Shown piece after piece: positions 31,328 through 41,173 of a DNA stretch of 64,000 nucleotides. Every line of letters begins with the position of its first letter. Within the stretch, counting starts at the first letter, position 1. A program made the position numbers and the translations under genes. The notes beneath the pieces are model-generated. The model was not told the origin of the DNA, did no database searches, and saw only the letters and a list, made by a program, of their open reading frames with translations. The stretch covers positions 64,001 through 128,000 of the forward strand of contig JANNVX010000041.1 in NCBI GenBank assembly GCA_031414595.1, given 5' to 3'. This DNA is from Deinococcales bacterium (GTDB lineage Bacteria; Deinococcota; Deinococci; Deinococcales; JAAFIG01).

Positions 31328-31443
31328 AGGGCGAACACGGGGGTTCGCCCCTACAAAATACATTGTTATGCCCTTTTTGTAGGGACAGGCGACCATGCCC
31401 GTCAGGTGCGCGTTTATGGTCAAGACACCCCTGTGTCTGTCCT
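31328..31443. repeat. REP doublet (REPIN-like); the right-hand REP carries a 38-bp insert
   Basis: AGGGCGAACACGGGGGTTCGCCCCTAC, a 24-nt spacer, then GTAGGGACAG[38 bp]ACCCCTGTGTCTGTCCT. Confidence 0.8.
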
Positions 31444-31536
31444 ATAACTAACGATGAAATGGCATTCTTTCGGAGGCTCTATCAGCCTGTGTTCGGCTGA
31501 CATAGACAGCCTGTGTCCTTAAGGTAAGCTAAGACT

Positions 31537-32520
31537 ATGGAATATCGTTTATTGGGTCGTACAGATTTTAACATTTCAACCATCAGTTTTGGCGCGTGGG
31601 CAATTGGTGGAACTTGGGGTGAAGTGCGTGACGAGGATAGCCTTGGGGCGCTCCACAAAGCCCTTGATTTGGGTGTCAATTTTATTGACACCGCCGATGT
31701 CTACGGCGATGGGCGCTCGGAGCGTTTAATTGCCAAGTTGCGTTCAGAACGCTCTGAGCCTTTTTTTGTTGCCACCAAAGCAGGGCGCAGACTGCCTAAG
31801 CAAACAGTAGACGGCTACAGCAAAGAAAACCTACATGCTTGGGTCAAAGACAGCTTGGATAACCTTAAAACTGAGACGATAGACTTATTACAACTGCACT
31901 GCCCACCAACTGATTTATACCACTCAGACACGGTTTTTGGCATTCTCGAGCAGATGAAAAAAGATGGCATGATTCGTCATTACGGGATTTCAGTGGAAAC
32001 TGTCGAAGAAGCCATGCTGGGCATTCAGTATGCTGGGGTGCAGAGTGTGCAAATTATTTTTAATATGTTTCGGCTTAAACCAAATGATGCTTTTTTTGCC
32101 GCCGCTGCCGAAAAACAAGTTGGGATTCTGGCTCGAGTACCGCTTGCCAGTGGTTTACTAACCGGTAAAATGAGTGCTGGCTCGAGTTTTGCCTCCGACG
32201 ACCACCGAGCCTTTAACCGCAACGGCGAAGCCTTTGACAAAGGCGAAACTTTTTCTGGTGTACCGTATAATGTTGGACTCGAGGCAGTTGAGCGCCTTCG
32301 CCCACTTGTGCCGAATGGCTCGAGCCTAGCCCAATTTGCCCTGCGTTGGATTGGGATGTTCCCACAAGTCACTTGTTGTATTCCAGGCGCAAAAAATGCG
32401 TTGCAAGCCGAGCAGAACTTTGCAGCAGCCGATTTACCAGCGCTGACACCAAAGGTAATGCAAGCGGTTCAGAGTATTTATGATGCCCTCATTCGTGAAC
32501 ATGTTCATGGCGATTGGTAA
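31537..32520 (+). CDS. Aldo/keto reductase
   Basis: DTADVYG, ATK, DLLQLH, PLASGLLTGK and IPGA motifs. Confidence 0.92.
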   Translation: MEYRLLGRTDFNISTISFGAWAIGGTWGEVRDEDSLGALHKALDLGVNFIDTADVYGDGRSERLIAKLRSERSEPFFVATKAGRRLPKQTVDGYSKENLHAWVKDSLDNLKTETIDLLQLHCPPTDLYHSDTVFGILEQMKKDGMIRHYGISVETVEEAMLGIQYAGVQSVQIIFNMFRLKPNDAFFAAAAEKQVGILARVPLASGLLTGKMSAGSSFASDDHRAFNRNGEAFDKGETFSGVPYNVGLEAVERLRPLVPNGSSLAQFALRWIGMFPQVTCCIPGAKNALQAEQNFAAADLPALTPKVMQAVQSIYDALIREHVHGDW

Positions 32521-32598
32521 GCTCAACCAAGAATGGGTTATCGCTCCAACCTTTGAAAAACTACACACAAAAGCGTTTTATTGGGTACAATGGAATTC

Positions 32599-32790
32599 AT
32601 GAAGGCAATTGTGCAAACTGAACTTCTCGCCATTCTCGAGCAAATGCCCGAAGAAGCCAATTGGCATGATTTTAAGCGAGCCATCCAAACTTTTGAACGC
32701 ATAGATGAGGGTGTCTTAGACCTCGAGAATCAACGGGTTTGGAGTACCGAAAAACTTCGTAATCATTTCCGAAAGAAGACTTTTTCATGA
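32599..32790 (+). CDS. Putative antitoxin
   Basis: Small protein overlapping the start of a ParE-like gene; IDEGVLDLENQRV resembles ParD-type partners. Confidence 0.6.
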   Translation: MKAIVQTELLAILEQMPEEANWHDFKRAIQTFERIDEGVLDLENQRVWSTEKLRNHFRKKTFS

Positions 32791-33134
32791 CCCAAGAAGC
32801 CGACATTCCAATTATTCCAAGCGAACGTGTTTCATTGCGGATTGAATGGGCAGACCGCGCTCGCCAAGACCTCGAAGAAATTTATGATGCCCTCGAGCAG
32901 CATTCAATAGATGCAGCCGACCGCACAGTACAGCGTTTAATCAATGTGATTGAAGATTTGGTCAGCGACCCTAGCCTTGGTGTGGCAGTACCCAATCCGC
33001 GCCATTCGCATATTTTTTCTTTTGGTGAACGCCCTTACCGCATGTACTACCGTAAATTAAATCATAGCCTCGAGATAGTCCATATTGAACAAAGCACCAA
33101 ACGCGGGGCGTTGCTGAATAAACCATTGCGTTAA
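32787..33134 (+). CDS. RelE/ParE family toxin
   Basis: IEW..RARQDLEEIY...P..G...PYRMYY....EIVHI. Confidence 0.8.
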   Translation: MTQEADIPIIPSERVSLRIEWADRARQDLEEIYDALEQHSIDAADRTVQRLINVIEDLVSDPSLGVAVPNPRHSHIFSFGERPYRMYYRKLNHSLEIVHIEQSTKRGALLNKPLR

Positions 33135-33172
33135 ACCCTTTCCTCATGGTTTTGCGGTATTTTGTGGAGCGT

Positions 33173-33475
33173 ATGTCTCAACCTACTCAAACGAACCCGC
33201 TTAAATCCTTACAACAAGGCACAATGATGGCAATGGCAACCGACATGAACAACGCGCAAGCTGTTGCGGCTGGTTTATTGCCGTGCTTTGGTTTTGAAAT
33301 CACGGCGGCTGATGAGCAATTCCAAGTCAATGTTGCCGAGTTAAACACGGGGCATGATATTCGTCTGGCTCGAGAAGTCGCGGCTGGAATTCAAGAAGCC
33401 ATGCGCCAATTGGTTGAAAAAATAGACGGACACATTGCCACCCAAGAACCCACCAATATCTCCAAACTGAGTTAA
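33173..33475 (+). CDS. Hypothetical protein
   Basis: ORF with GGAG before the ATG; no family recognised. Confidence 0.55.
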   Translation: MSQPTQTNPLKSLQQGTMMAMATDMNNAQAVAAGLLPCFGFEITAADEQFQVNVAELNTGHDIRLAREVAAGIQEAMRQLVEKIDGHIATQEPTNISKLS

Positions 33476-33520
33476 ATCTTGAGTGCTTCCCTTTTGTCCT
33501 TGGTAAGCACTTTTATGGTC

Positions 33521-34279
33521 TTAATCGCAAACCACATTCCCCGAGAAGTAACGGCTGGCAATTCGGTTGATTGAACCATCTTTTTTCATCGCTTCTACCG
33601 AATCACTGAGCAATTTAAGAAGTTCTGTGTTGCCTTTTTTAACTGCCATGGCAATTCTGTCCTCGGTTAAGAGCGGTGAGAGGTTGACTCGAGGCGTGGG
33701 GTATTTTTTGGCAAAGGCTAAAGCGGCTAAACGGTCACTGATGTAGGCATCGGTTTTACCCGACTGCATGGCTTTGAAGGCTTCTAAGTCGGTGGCAAAG
33801 GTGATGACTTGTTTGATTCCAGGGATTTTACGTCCGTACTCAGCAAAGGTAGAGCTTTGTGAGGCAGAAACAACTTTACCTCGTAAACCCTCTGCGTCAA
33901 GTGCTTTGCCGACCAAGGCGATAATCACTGTACCTGTACAGTAATGAGGGATGACAAAATCCACATATTTTTCTCGATTCGCTGTGATGGTGTGCGAAGC
34001 CAATGCCACATCTATTTTACTTTCACCCAGTTTTGTAAAAAGTGAATCAAAGGAAACATTGCGCCACTCGGCTTTTAAGCCAAGGCGCTGAGCTAAAGCT
34101 GCGCCAAAGTCTATTTCAAAACCGACCAAATTGCCTTTTTCAACCGAATAAAAAGGCGGGTAATCCCGACTATTGCCAAAAATGAGTGAGCCACTGGTTT
34201 TGATGTCCGCAACTGGACGAGCCAAGCCCAAAGACAACAAACTGATACCCACCACAAAAGCTCCGATTATAACTTTCAT
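33521..34279 (-). CDS. Amino-acid ABC transporter substrate-binding protein (family 3)
   Basis: DYPPF, GFEID and ITANR motifs; signal peptide. Confidence 0.88.
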   Translation of the reverse strand: MKVIIGAFVVGISLLSLGLARPVADIKTSGSLIFGNSRDYPPFYSVEKGNLVGFEIDFGAALAQRLGLKAEWRNVSFDSLFTKLGESKIDVALASHTITANREKYVDFVIPHYCTGTVIIALVGKALDAEGLRGKVVSASQSSTFAEYGRKIPGIKQVITFATDLEAFKAMQSGKTDAYISDRLAALAFAKKYPTPRVNLSPLLTEDRIAMAVKKGNTELLKLLSDSVEAMKKDGSINRIASRYFSGNVVCD

Positions 34280-34373
34280 ATACACCTCGAGTGGAAAATG
34301 AATTTGGTTGGAAAGAACCAAATTTCTCAACCATACAAAGAGCCTACACCCCAAATTAAGTTTGGCAAAGTCT

Positions 34374-34485
34374 TTTTACGCATTGTGCAGCAAGACATTT
34401 TACGCATTGTGCAGCAAGACATTTTACGCATTGTGCAGCAAGACATTTACGCATTGTGCAGCAAGACATTTACGCATTGTGCAGC
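34374..34485. repeat. 23/24-bp tandem repeat, about 4.7 copies
   Basis: (T)TTTACGCATTGTGCAGCAAGACA head-to-tail with no spacers. Confidence 0.95.
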
Positions 34486-34490
34486 CAGCC

Positions 34491-35381
34491 TCAAAACACC
34501 ACTGTTTTATTCTGATAGACCAAAACCCGATCCTCGAGATGTGCCTTGACTGCCCTTGCCAGCACTGCCCGTTCAATATCGCGTCCGACCCGGGTTAAGG
34601 CTCTGACATCATCGCGGTGTGTCACCCTCGAGACATCTTGTTCGATAATTGGACCACCATCGAGTTCAGCAGTCACATAATGGGCGGTTGCGCCAATGAT
34701 TTTTACGCCTCGAGCCGCCGCACTTTTGTATGGATTTGCGCCAATAAAAGCGGGGAGGAAACTGTGGTGAATGTTGATGACTGGCACACCGAGTTTTTCT
34801 AAAAAATCTCCACTGAGAATCTGCATGTACCGTGCCAGCACTACAAAATCGGCTTGGTTGTGCAGCAACTCAAGAATTTGCGCTTCCGAGCTTGACTTAT
34901 CTGTGCCTTTTTGTGATTCGACCAAATGATACGGAATTTCAAACGCCGTGACATCTGCCTCGAGTTCGGTGTGGTTGCTAATCACCATTGGGATTTCACA
35001 ATCAAATTCGCCACGCCGTACCCGCCAGAGTAAATCCATTAAACAATGGTCATACTTGCTACACAAAATCGCCATGCGTTTTGGTTCGGCAGCATACGAT
35101 AAACTCCATTCCATGTTGAACGGCACAGCCACCACTTCGGCAAACGCCCGTTCAAATTGGACTCTAGTCATGTCTAAGCCCTCTAAGGAAAATTCTTGAC
35201 GCATAAAAAAACGCCCACCGTCTGGGTTAATGCTGTGCTGGTCTGAAGAAATAATATTGGCGTTGTGATTGAATAAAAACTGCGAAACCGCCGCTACAAT
35301 GCCGCGTTTGTCGGGGCAACTAATCAGTAAACGAGCAGTATTCGGACGGGCTACAACTTTAGAAGAAGGTAGGTCTGACAT
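34491..35381 (-). CDS. purU: Formyltetrahydrofolate deformylase
   Basis: ACT domain [19 protein letters not shown] and [10 protein letters not shown] motifs. Confidence 0.95.
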   Translation of the reverse strand: MSDLPSSKVVARPNTARLLISCPDKRGIVAAVSQFLFNHNANIISSDQHSINPDGGRFFMRQEFSLEGLDMTRVQFERAFAEVVAVPFNMEWSLSYAAEPKRMAILCSKYDHCLMDLLWRVRRGEFDCEIPMVISNHTELEADVTAFEIPYHLVESQKGTDKSSSEAQILELLHNQADFVVLARYMQILSGDFLEKLGVPVINIHHSFLPAFIGANPYKSAAARGVKIIGATAHYVTAELDGGPIIEQDVSRVTHRDDVRALTRVGRDIERAVLARAVKAHLEDRVLVYQNKTVVF

Positions 35382-35434
35382 TAGGCTGTAATTCTAAGGT
35401 CAAATGGGCTTGGCGCAAAGGTCATAATGAGCCG

Positions 35435-36886
35435 ATGACCAAAAACTGGAATCCCCAATATGTGCAGCACCTGCTCGAGCCACATTTTAAGCAAGCCAAA
35501 ACCCATTTTCTATTGCCTCTGCTCGAGATGAGCCGCGCCCATGCAATCATGCTTTTGGGCTGTGACTTACTAGAAAAATCTGTGGCACAAAAAATTCTTG
35601 CTGCCCTAGACCACGTAGACAGCGATTTGCTGGTCTATTCACAACACTTTGAAGACCTGTTTTTTGCACTCGAGGCACAACTGATAAAAAAAACAGATGC
35701 CATCGGTAATCTACAAATTGCCCGTAGTCGCAACGACGTGGATGCAGCCCTGATTCGGATGGTCTTGCGCCAAAAAACCCTCGAGATGATGGCAAGTCTC
35801 GAGCAATTGGCATTTGTGCTGCACACCAAAGCCTTAGAGGGTGTGACTTGGCTAATGCCGGGCTACACCCATCACCAACCCGCCCAACCGACCACTTTAG
35901 GGCATTACCTGACTGGGATTCTGGGTGTGTTAGGGCGCGACATGCAGCGCCTAAAAGCCGCTTACTCGAGCATCAACGCCTCACCACTTGGGGCTGTTGC
36001 CATGACCGGCACAGGATTTCCCATTAACCGTCAAGTGATGGCAGATTTACTTGGATTTGATAGTATTCTAGAAAATGGGATTGATGCAGTTGGAGCAGCC
36101 GACCACAGCTTAGAATTACTAAGTGCTTTACAAATTTGTAACACCACCCTCTCGAGACTGACCCATGACCTGATTTTTTGGGCAAGCCAAGAGACCAACT
36201 TCTTTCGGGTTGCCGATTCCTTTGTGCAAATTAGTTCAATCATGCCACAAAAACGCAACCCTGTTGTGTTAGAACATATCCGCGCTAAATTGGCTCGAGC
36301 CAGTGGCGCAAGCCAGAGTGCGTTTAATATGTGCGGGAACATTCCATTTGGGGATGTCAACGATGTGGCTGAACCACTCCTGCCCGTTAGTTTGGCGGCA
36401 CTCGAGGACAGCCAAGCGGCTGTTTTGTTACTCAGTGCGGTGCTTGAAGTTTCAAACTTTAATGTTCTAAAAATGCAGGACGCGGCTGGGCAGCATTTTA
36501 TGACTGCGACGGGCTTGGCGGATGCGCTGGTTGGTATTGGTTTAACTTTTAAGCAAGCCCACGAGGTTGTTTCAAAAACCGTGGACTATGCGATGCAGCA
36601 CAACTTAAAAAGCACAGACATCACAGCTTTGATTGTTCAAAGTGTCAGCAGCATTCCACTCGAGATAACCGATTCATTTGTACAAGATGCCTTAGACCCA
36701 AACAACTTTGTGCAACGCCGCACCACATTTGGTGGTAGTTCCCCCAAAACTGTTTTGGTTAGTCTCGAGCGGATAAAAATTGAACTCGAGCAGAGCAAGA
36801 ACTGGCGACTCGAGCAGAAACAAAAATTAGTAGATGCCCAAGAAAAACTTAAAAGCATAAATGGACAAATTCTTAATCCTCTGTAA
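35435..36886 (+). CDS. argH: Argininosuccinate lyase
   Basis: ARSRND, GYTHHQPAQP and SSIMPQKRNP motifs; a divergent paralogue is possible. Confidence 0.8.
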   Translation: MTKNWNPQYVQHLLEPHFKQAKTHFLLPLLEMSRAHAIMLLGCDLLEKSVAQKILAALDHVDSDLLVYSQHFEDLFFALEAQLIKKTDAIGNLQIARSRNDVDAALIRMVLRQKTLEMMASLEQLAFVLHTKALEGVTWLMPGYTHHQPAQPTTLGHYLTGILGVLGRDMQRLKAAYSSINASPLGAVAMTGTGFPINRQVMADLLGFDSILENGIDAVGAADHSLELLSALQICNTTLSRLTHDLIFWASQETNFFRVADSFVQISSIMPQKRNPVVLEHIRAKLARASGASQSAFNMCGNIPFGDVNDVAEPLLPVSLAALEDSQAAVLLLSAVLEVSNFNVLKMQDAAGQHFMTATGLADALVGIGLTFKQAHEVVSKTVDYAMQHNLKSTDITALIVQSVSSIPLEITDSFVQDALDPNNFVQRRTTFGGSSPKTVLVSLERIKIELEQSKNWRLEQKQKLVDAQEKLKSINGQILNPL

Positions 36887-37433
36887 TTTTCTTGTACCAA
36901 TCAAATTCTGTATCACGTTTACCAATTGTGTATCGCGCACAAATTTCAATGTTCTCAAATACTTCAATAAGTTCAGGTCGGGCAATACCGTTTTTTTCTG
37001 CCCACATCCGCACTAAACCCATGCTGCTGATGATTTGCATGGTCGGCACTCGCTCGAGAATAACTCGGCGGGCTTTACGGTCATCGGTGACTAAACCAGC
37101 TTTTCTATGAATTGCAGCAGCCGCCGTCATCGCTTCACCATCATCAATTCTATTTTTATTGTCTGGGTCTATAAATTCTAAATACAACTCGAGTTCTACT
37201 GGTGTTAAATCTGCCTCGATATGAATAATCCCAGCCTAAACAACATCGCTTAAATCCAGTGCTACAGCCTCGAGACGCACTTGCCCATCGCGCCGATGAA
37301 CAAATTGACTTTCATTAGGATAAACTTTTGGAATCACTGAAAATCGCAATTCGAGGGCTTTGGCAATTTGCTCCAATCGCCCAGAAGCAGATAAATTCAA
37401 CAAGAAACAAGAATCCAAGAAATACCAATCCAC
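36873..37433 (-). pseudogene. PIN-domain protein with in-frame TAG
   Basis: FLDSCFLLN...DDGEA...VTDDRKAR acidic PIN motifs; a single TAG at 37236-37238 (DVV*AGIIHIE), same frame on both sides. Confidence 0.8.
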
Positions 37434-38668
37434 TACCGACTCCGAACCAAAACAGCTTGCTCGAGGGCGAGTTCGGTCATATCAGGCAGACCATCATCGC
37501 CAAGCGTCATTTGTTCTTGGAAGTGCTGCACAATTTCTCGAGCAGCTAAACGAGAAGTCTCAAGGTATTTAACCAACTGACCTTCACTGAGTTCTTCGGC
37601 TAAAAAGGCTCTGGCTGCCAGAATTTGATAGCGGTCTGGTAATTTGTCAAATCCTGCCCGACCATGTTCTTTAATCCCCACGATTTCTTGGGCTTTACGA
37701 ACCTGTAAACCCTCGGCTTTGTATTGGTCGGATGTGCCAGCCGCCAAAATACCCATCTCCTCGAGTCGCCAACAGTAGGCTTCAAAAGAAACACCAAAAT
37801 AGCGTGCAAAATGCAGTAAATCACCAATTGTAAACGAGCCACCAGCTTGGACATGGGCGCGTAATTGACGGCGCACACCAGCACTGGGCAAAAGAAAACG
37901 AGCCGCAAAAGCATCGGCGAACCGTTCTGAATCTGGGCGACGCTCAAAACGTAGCACCTGAATTTCTGGGCTGTAGCGATTGGTCAAAAAATGGGCGTAT
38001 TCATGGGCTAAAGTCATGCGTTGTCGCTCGGGCGGATGTTTAGCGTTAATCGCAATACAACCACCTAAATCATCGGTGTAGCCAAATAAACCAGCAATTG
38101 GCGAAGGTAAATCAATAAAGAAAATCCGTAAGCCCACTTCAGTCTCGAGCAGTGAACGCAAATCACCAATTGGGGCATCGCCAAGATTCAAACGGTCTCG
38201 TTCTTGTAAAGCAATTTCGTCAGCTGCGATACTGACATCATCGTAGCCAAGAAAAGAATAGGCGGCAGGGTAACGCTTAACCATTGGGACACCAAGCATC
38301 ACCTCAAGTTCAAGGTACTGTTCGCTCAGACGCTGCAAATGGGCTACGGTTTGTTCGAGAACTGTTTCGCCCACCAAATCAAAAAGTCGTTTTTCAAATC
38401 GCGCCCGAAAAGCCACCGATAATTCGGTTTTGGTGACACGGTGACGCAATAATGCTCCTACTTCTTGACGGTACAGATTTGCCAAAGACACCAATTCCGC
38501 CGCCGATAAACGACGTTTACCTTGCTCTATTGCCACAACTGTTGGTCTCGAGACCTTTAAGACCTCAGCCGCACGGTCTTGGGTTAGCCCAGCCGTTTTA
38601 CGGGCTTGTTGTAAACGCGCTCCTAAATCAAGCCAATCTATGTTGTTCATGACTCGGGATTCAATCAT
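37433..38668 (-). CDS. XRE HTH - ImmA/IrrE (peptidase M78, COG2856) fusion
   Basis: N-terminal HTH (GLTQ...IEQGKR), RMTLAHEYAH (HExxH) and ERFADAFAARFLLP. Confidence 0.92.
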   Translation of the reverse strand: MIESRVMNNIDWLDLGARLQQARKTAGLTQDRAAEVLKVSRPTVVAIEQGKRRLSAAELVSLANLYRQEVGALLRHRVTKTELSVAFRARFEKRLFDLVGETVLEQTVAHLQRLSEQYLELEVMLGVPMVKRYPAAYSFLGYDDVSIAADEIALQERDRLNLGDAPIGDLRSLLETEVGLRIFFIDLPSPIAGLFGYTDDLGGCIAINAKHPPERQRMTLAHEYAHFLTNRYSPEIQVLRFERRPDSERFADAFAARFLLPSAGVRRQLRAHVQAGGSFTIGDLLHFARYFGVSFEAYCWRLEEMGILAAGTSDQYKAEGLQVRKAQEIVGIKEHGRAGFDKLPDRYQILAARAFLAEELSEGQLVKYLETSRLAAREIVQHFQEQMTLGDDGLPDMTELALEQAVLVRSR

Positions 38669-38675
38669 ATGGGTA

Positions 38676-38712
38676 AGCCTAAACGGTTTATACTAAAATG
38701 TCAAATTTAGTA
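38676..38712 (-). promoter_or_regulatory. Sigma70 promoter with an overlapping inverted repeat
   Basis: TTGACA-17-TAGGCT-7-ATG; TACTAAA-N8-TTTAGTA (38691-38712) spans the -35. Confidence 0.65.
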
Positions 38713-38748
38713 ATTGTTAAATGCCTTAAATACTAACTTTGTCAGAAT

Positions 38749-39687
38749 TTACTCAAACACAGCCGAAACCACCGCAAAATCAGTATGAGAATCCGCAAAA
38801 ACACTGGCTCGAGAACCATTGAACCCAATACTCGAGCAACCCTCAAATTCCAAATCAAATAATTTGCCAACCAGCATGGGATTCACCACAGCTTCAATAG
38901 ATTCACAGTTTTGAATCCTAGTAATCGCCCCTCGAGCCACCCATTCTTGCCCTTCAATCAGTTTGGCATCAGCACTCCAAGCCCCAAGCCACTTGGCAGC
39001 ATTGGCGCTGGGTTGCACCAGAATTCGTGTACCTGTTGCATCGGCTTTTGCGATACACGAATCAAAAAAGGCATCGTAACAAATAAGCGTGCCGACTTTA
39101 CCGATTTTGGTTTGCGTCGGACTCCAATCCTCGAGCCTTGCAGCGAATAAACCTAAGCTGCTTTCTAAACCCTTGGTCAAATGAATCTTGGCAGTTCTGA
39201 ACAGTAAACGCCCAGTGGGGGCAAATAAAAAAGAAACATTCTGGACTCGAGGACTGGCAATAAACACACCTTGGGCAGCTTCTTCGTCTATAAAAGGCAA
39301 GAAGCTGCTGCCAGCCACAATATAAGTATTGTGTTCTCGAGCCGCCCGTGAAAATGCCGCCAGAATCGTCTGATGCACTGCCACGGCTCGAGGCAGCAAG
39401 ACATTTGCCAGACGCGGTTTTTGCCAGCCCAATGTGAAGCCCTCGAGCCAATGCTGTTTAGCCAGTTCTAAAGCGGCGGTCTGTACCGAAGTGGCAAAAA
39501 AATCGCGTTCTAAAAAAAAGAAAAGCGGTAAACCAATCAGTTCTGGAAAAGCTACCAGCGCTGGCACAGCAGGGTCTCTTGTCGCCAAGGCTTTAGCTGT
39601 CTGCTCAAAAATCCAAGCCGAAAAACCAATAGATGTTTTATAGGCTTCTGGCTCGAGTTTGGTTTGAATGGCTGCGAGGAAAGTCAT
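38749..39687 (-). CDS. Nitrilase-related carbon-nitrogen hydrolase
   Basis: Catalytic triad in FPE, KIHL and ICYD. Confidence 0.85.
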   Translation of the reverse strand: MTFLAAIQTKLEPEAYKTSIGFSAWIFEQTAKALATRDPAVPALVAFPELIGLPLFFFLERDFFATSVQTAALELAKQHWLEGFTLGWQKPRLANVLLPRAVAVHQTILAAFSRAAREHNTYIVAGSSFLPFIDEEAAQGVFIASPRVQNVSFLFAPTGRLLFRTAKIHLTKGLESSLGLFAARLEDWSPTQTKIGKVGTLICYDAFFDSCIAKADATGTRILVQPSANAAKWLGAWSADAKLIEGQEWVARGAITRIQNCESIEAVVNPMLVGKLFDLEFEGCSSIGFNGSRASVFADSHTDFAVVSAVFE

Positions 39688-39705
39688 GGTCTGATTATTT
39701 GCATT

Positions 39706-40140
39706 CTAAGACAAACCATCATAGGCATTTTGCAAGGCAACAATCTCGAGCTTATTCATCTGCAACATCGCGTCCAGAACACGTTTGGCTTTGATTGGGT
39801 CTGGGTCTTGCAAATATGCCCCGAGCATCGGTGGAACAAGTTGCCATGAAAGCCCGTATTTGTCCTTTAACCAACCGCAACGGCTGGGTTCGCCGCCATC
39901 AGCCGTTAGTTTCTCCCATAAGTCATCTATTTCGGCTTGGGTTTGGCAATTCACAAAGAGCGAAAAAGCTGGTGATAGTTGGTAATGAGAACCGCCATTA
40001 AATAAAATCAGTTCTTGTCCCTCGAGAATTAAGCGTGGCGGTGTGCCAATTATCTGAGAATTCGGAAAGATACTGGTGTAAAAGTTAAGCATTTCCTCGG
40101 CATTGCCATCAAACCATAAAAACGGCGTAATTTTGTTCAT
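39706..40140 (-). CDS. VOC family protein (PhnB / 3-dmu-9_3-mt like)
   Basis: KITPFLWF and CGWLKDKYGLSWQ motifs. Confidence 0.9.
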   Translation of the reverse strand: MNKITPFLWFDGNAEEMLNFYTSIFPNSQIIGTPPRLILEGQELILFNGGSHYQLSPAFSLFVNCQTQAEIDDLWEKLTADGGEPSRCGWLKDKYGLSWQLVPPMLGAYLQDPDPIKAKRVLDAMLQMNKLEIVALQNAYDGLS

Positions 40141-40553
40141 GCGACACGCTCGGTGTGCAGTTTGTAATTCTCTAAAATCGCTTGCCAACCATCGCGTTGC
40201 AATTCTGCGCTGTTGACATCTTCGATTTCAAAGGTTTCGATAATTTTGGTGTCTAAACTCGAGATAACCTCGAATTTGACACTGACGGCACGGTCTCCAA
40301 TCGTGAATTCCAGCAACTCGAGTGGAATCACTTGGCTGTACGTTCCAGCAAAGTCAAAGCCACTGCTGCCGTCTTTGGCTGCCATGCGGTATGAAAATTC
40401 TCCGCCAGTCACAGGGTTATTGCTGGCTCTGGGGCATTCCCAGTCTGGTGAAGCAAAATTCCAGTTGGTGATGTGTTCAGCCTTCGTCCAAGTTGCCCAA
40501 GCCAAAGTGATTGGTACATTTACATTGGTGCTAACGGTGATTGATTCTGCCAT
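40137..40553 (-). CDS. SRPBCC domain protein
   Basis: WNFASPDW, MAAKDGS.GFDF and QRDGWQAIL motifs. Confidence 0.88.
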   Translation of the reverse strand: MAESITVSTNVNVPITLAWATWTKAEHITNWNFASPDWECPRASNNPVTGGEFSYRMAAKDGSSGFDFAGTYSQVIPLELLEFTIGDRAVSVKFEVISSLDTKIIETFEIEDVNSAELQRDGWQAILENYKLHTERVA

Positions 40554-40564
40554 AATAATTCTCC

Positions 40565-41173
40565 TTAACGACTGACCGCATAACAAGCCAGTACATTGCC
40601 TGAGCCAGCCCAAGTGCGACTGCTTAAAAGTTTAAGCGATATAGGCGGACGACCATCAAATATGGGGATGCCTTCGCCAGCGATGATTGGAAAGGTGGTC
40701 AGGTGCAGTTCGTCTATTAAATCGTGTACCAGAAGATGATTCCAGAGTATCCGACTGAGTTGGATTAACAAATTCCCGCCAGCTTGTTGTTTCAGAGCGG
40801 CGATTTGGGTTAGTACATCTGCCACCCTAATAATCCGTGTATTTTCTAAAGTGGCAATGTCTTCGGGCGTAATTTTATCGGAAACCACGATTTTGTTAAT
40901 CTCTTTGATTCGCTTGGCTAACTCGAGCCGAATTGGGGTGGCGTTTGGGTCTTTGGATAGGTTTTCCCAGTACGACATATTTTCTAAAAAGGACTTACGC
41001 CCACTCAAAATCAGTGTGTCAGAGGCATGGAGCAGTTCGGTATTGTATCGGTCAAAGGCTTGGTCTCCGTGGTAATCGGGGTGGTAATAATCAAAAAACC
41101 TGTCAATGGTTTTGTCTTTGGATTCATAAAAACCGTCCAAGGTTACAAAGTTGCAAACAATCAATTTACGCAT
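40565..41173 (-). CDS. Dihydrofolate reductase family (RibD C-terminal) protein
   Basis: VTLDGF, GRK and LIDELHL..P...G.G motifs. Confidence 0.85.
   Translation of the reverse strand: MRKLIVCNFVTLDGFYESKDKTIDRFFDYYHPDYHGDQAFDRYNTELLHASDTLILSGRKSFLENMSYWENLSKDPNATPIRLELAKRIKEINKIVVSDKITPEDIATLENTRIIRVADVLTQIAALKQQAGGNLLIQLSRILWNHLLVHDLIDELHLTTFPIIAGEGIPIFDGRPPISLKLLSSRTWAGSGNVLACYAVSR

Noticed and set aside
34374-34485. Possible CRISPR array
   Set aside because: The repeats are contiguous with no unique spacers, and no cas genes are in the window.
34298-34598. ORFs with repeated peptides (LRIVQQDI, FYALCSKT)
   Set aside because: Translations of the 24-bp tandem repeat; they overlap purU antisense.
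24669-37238. Stop-codon reassignment to explain the in-frame stops in cobO (TAA) and PIN (TAG)
   Set aside because: The two codons differ and both terminate many intact genes here; point mutation or sequencing error is simpler.
37433-38668. Calling this gene irrE/pprI
   Set aside because: It has an N-terminal XRE domain and a PIN partner; true IrrE is peptidase-HTH-GAF.
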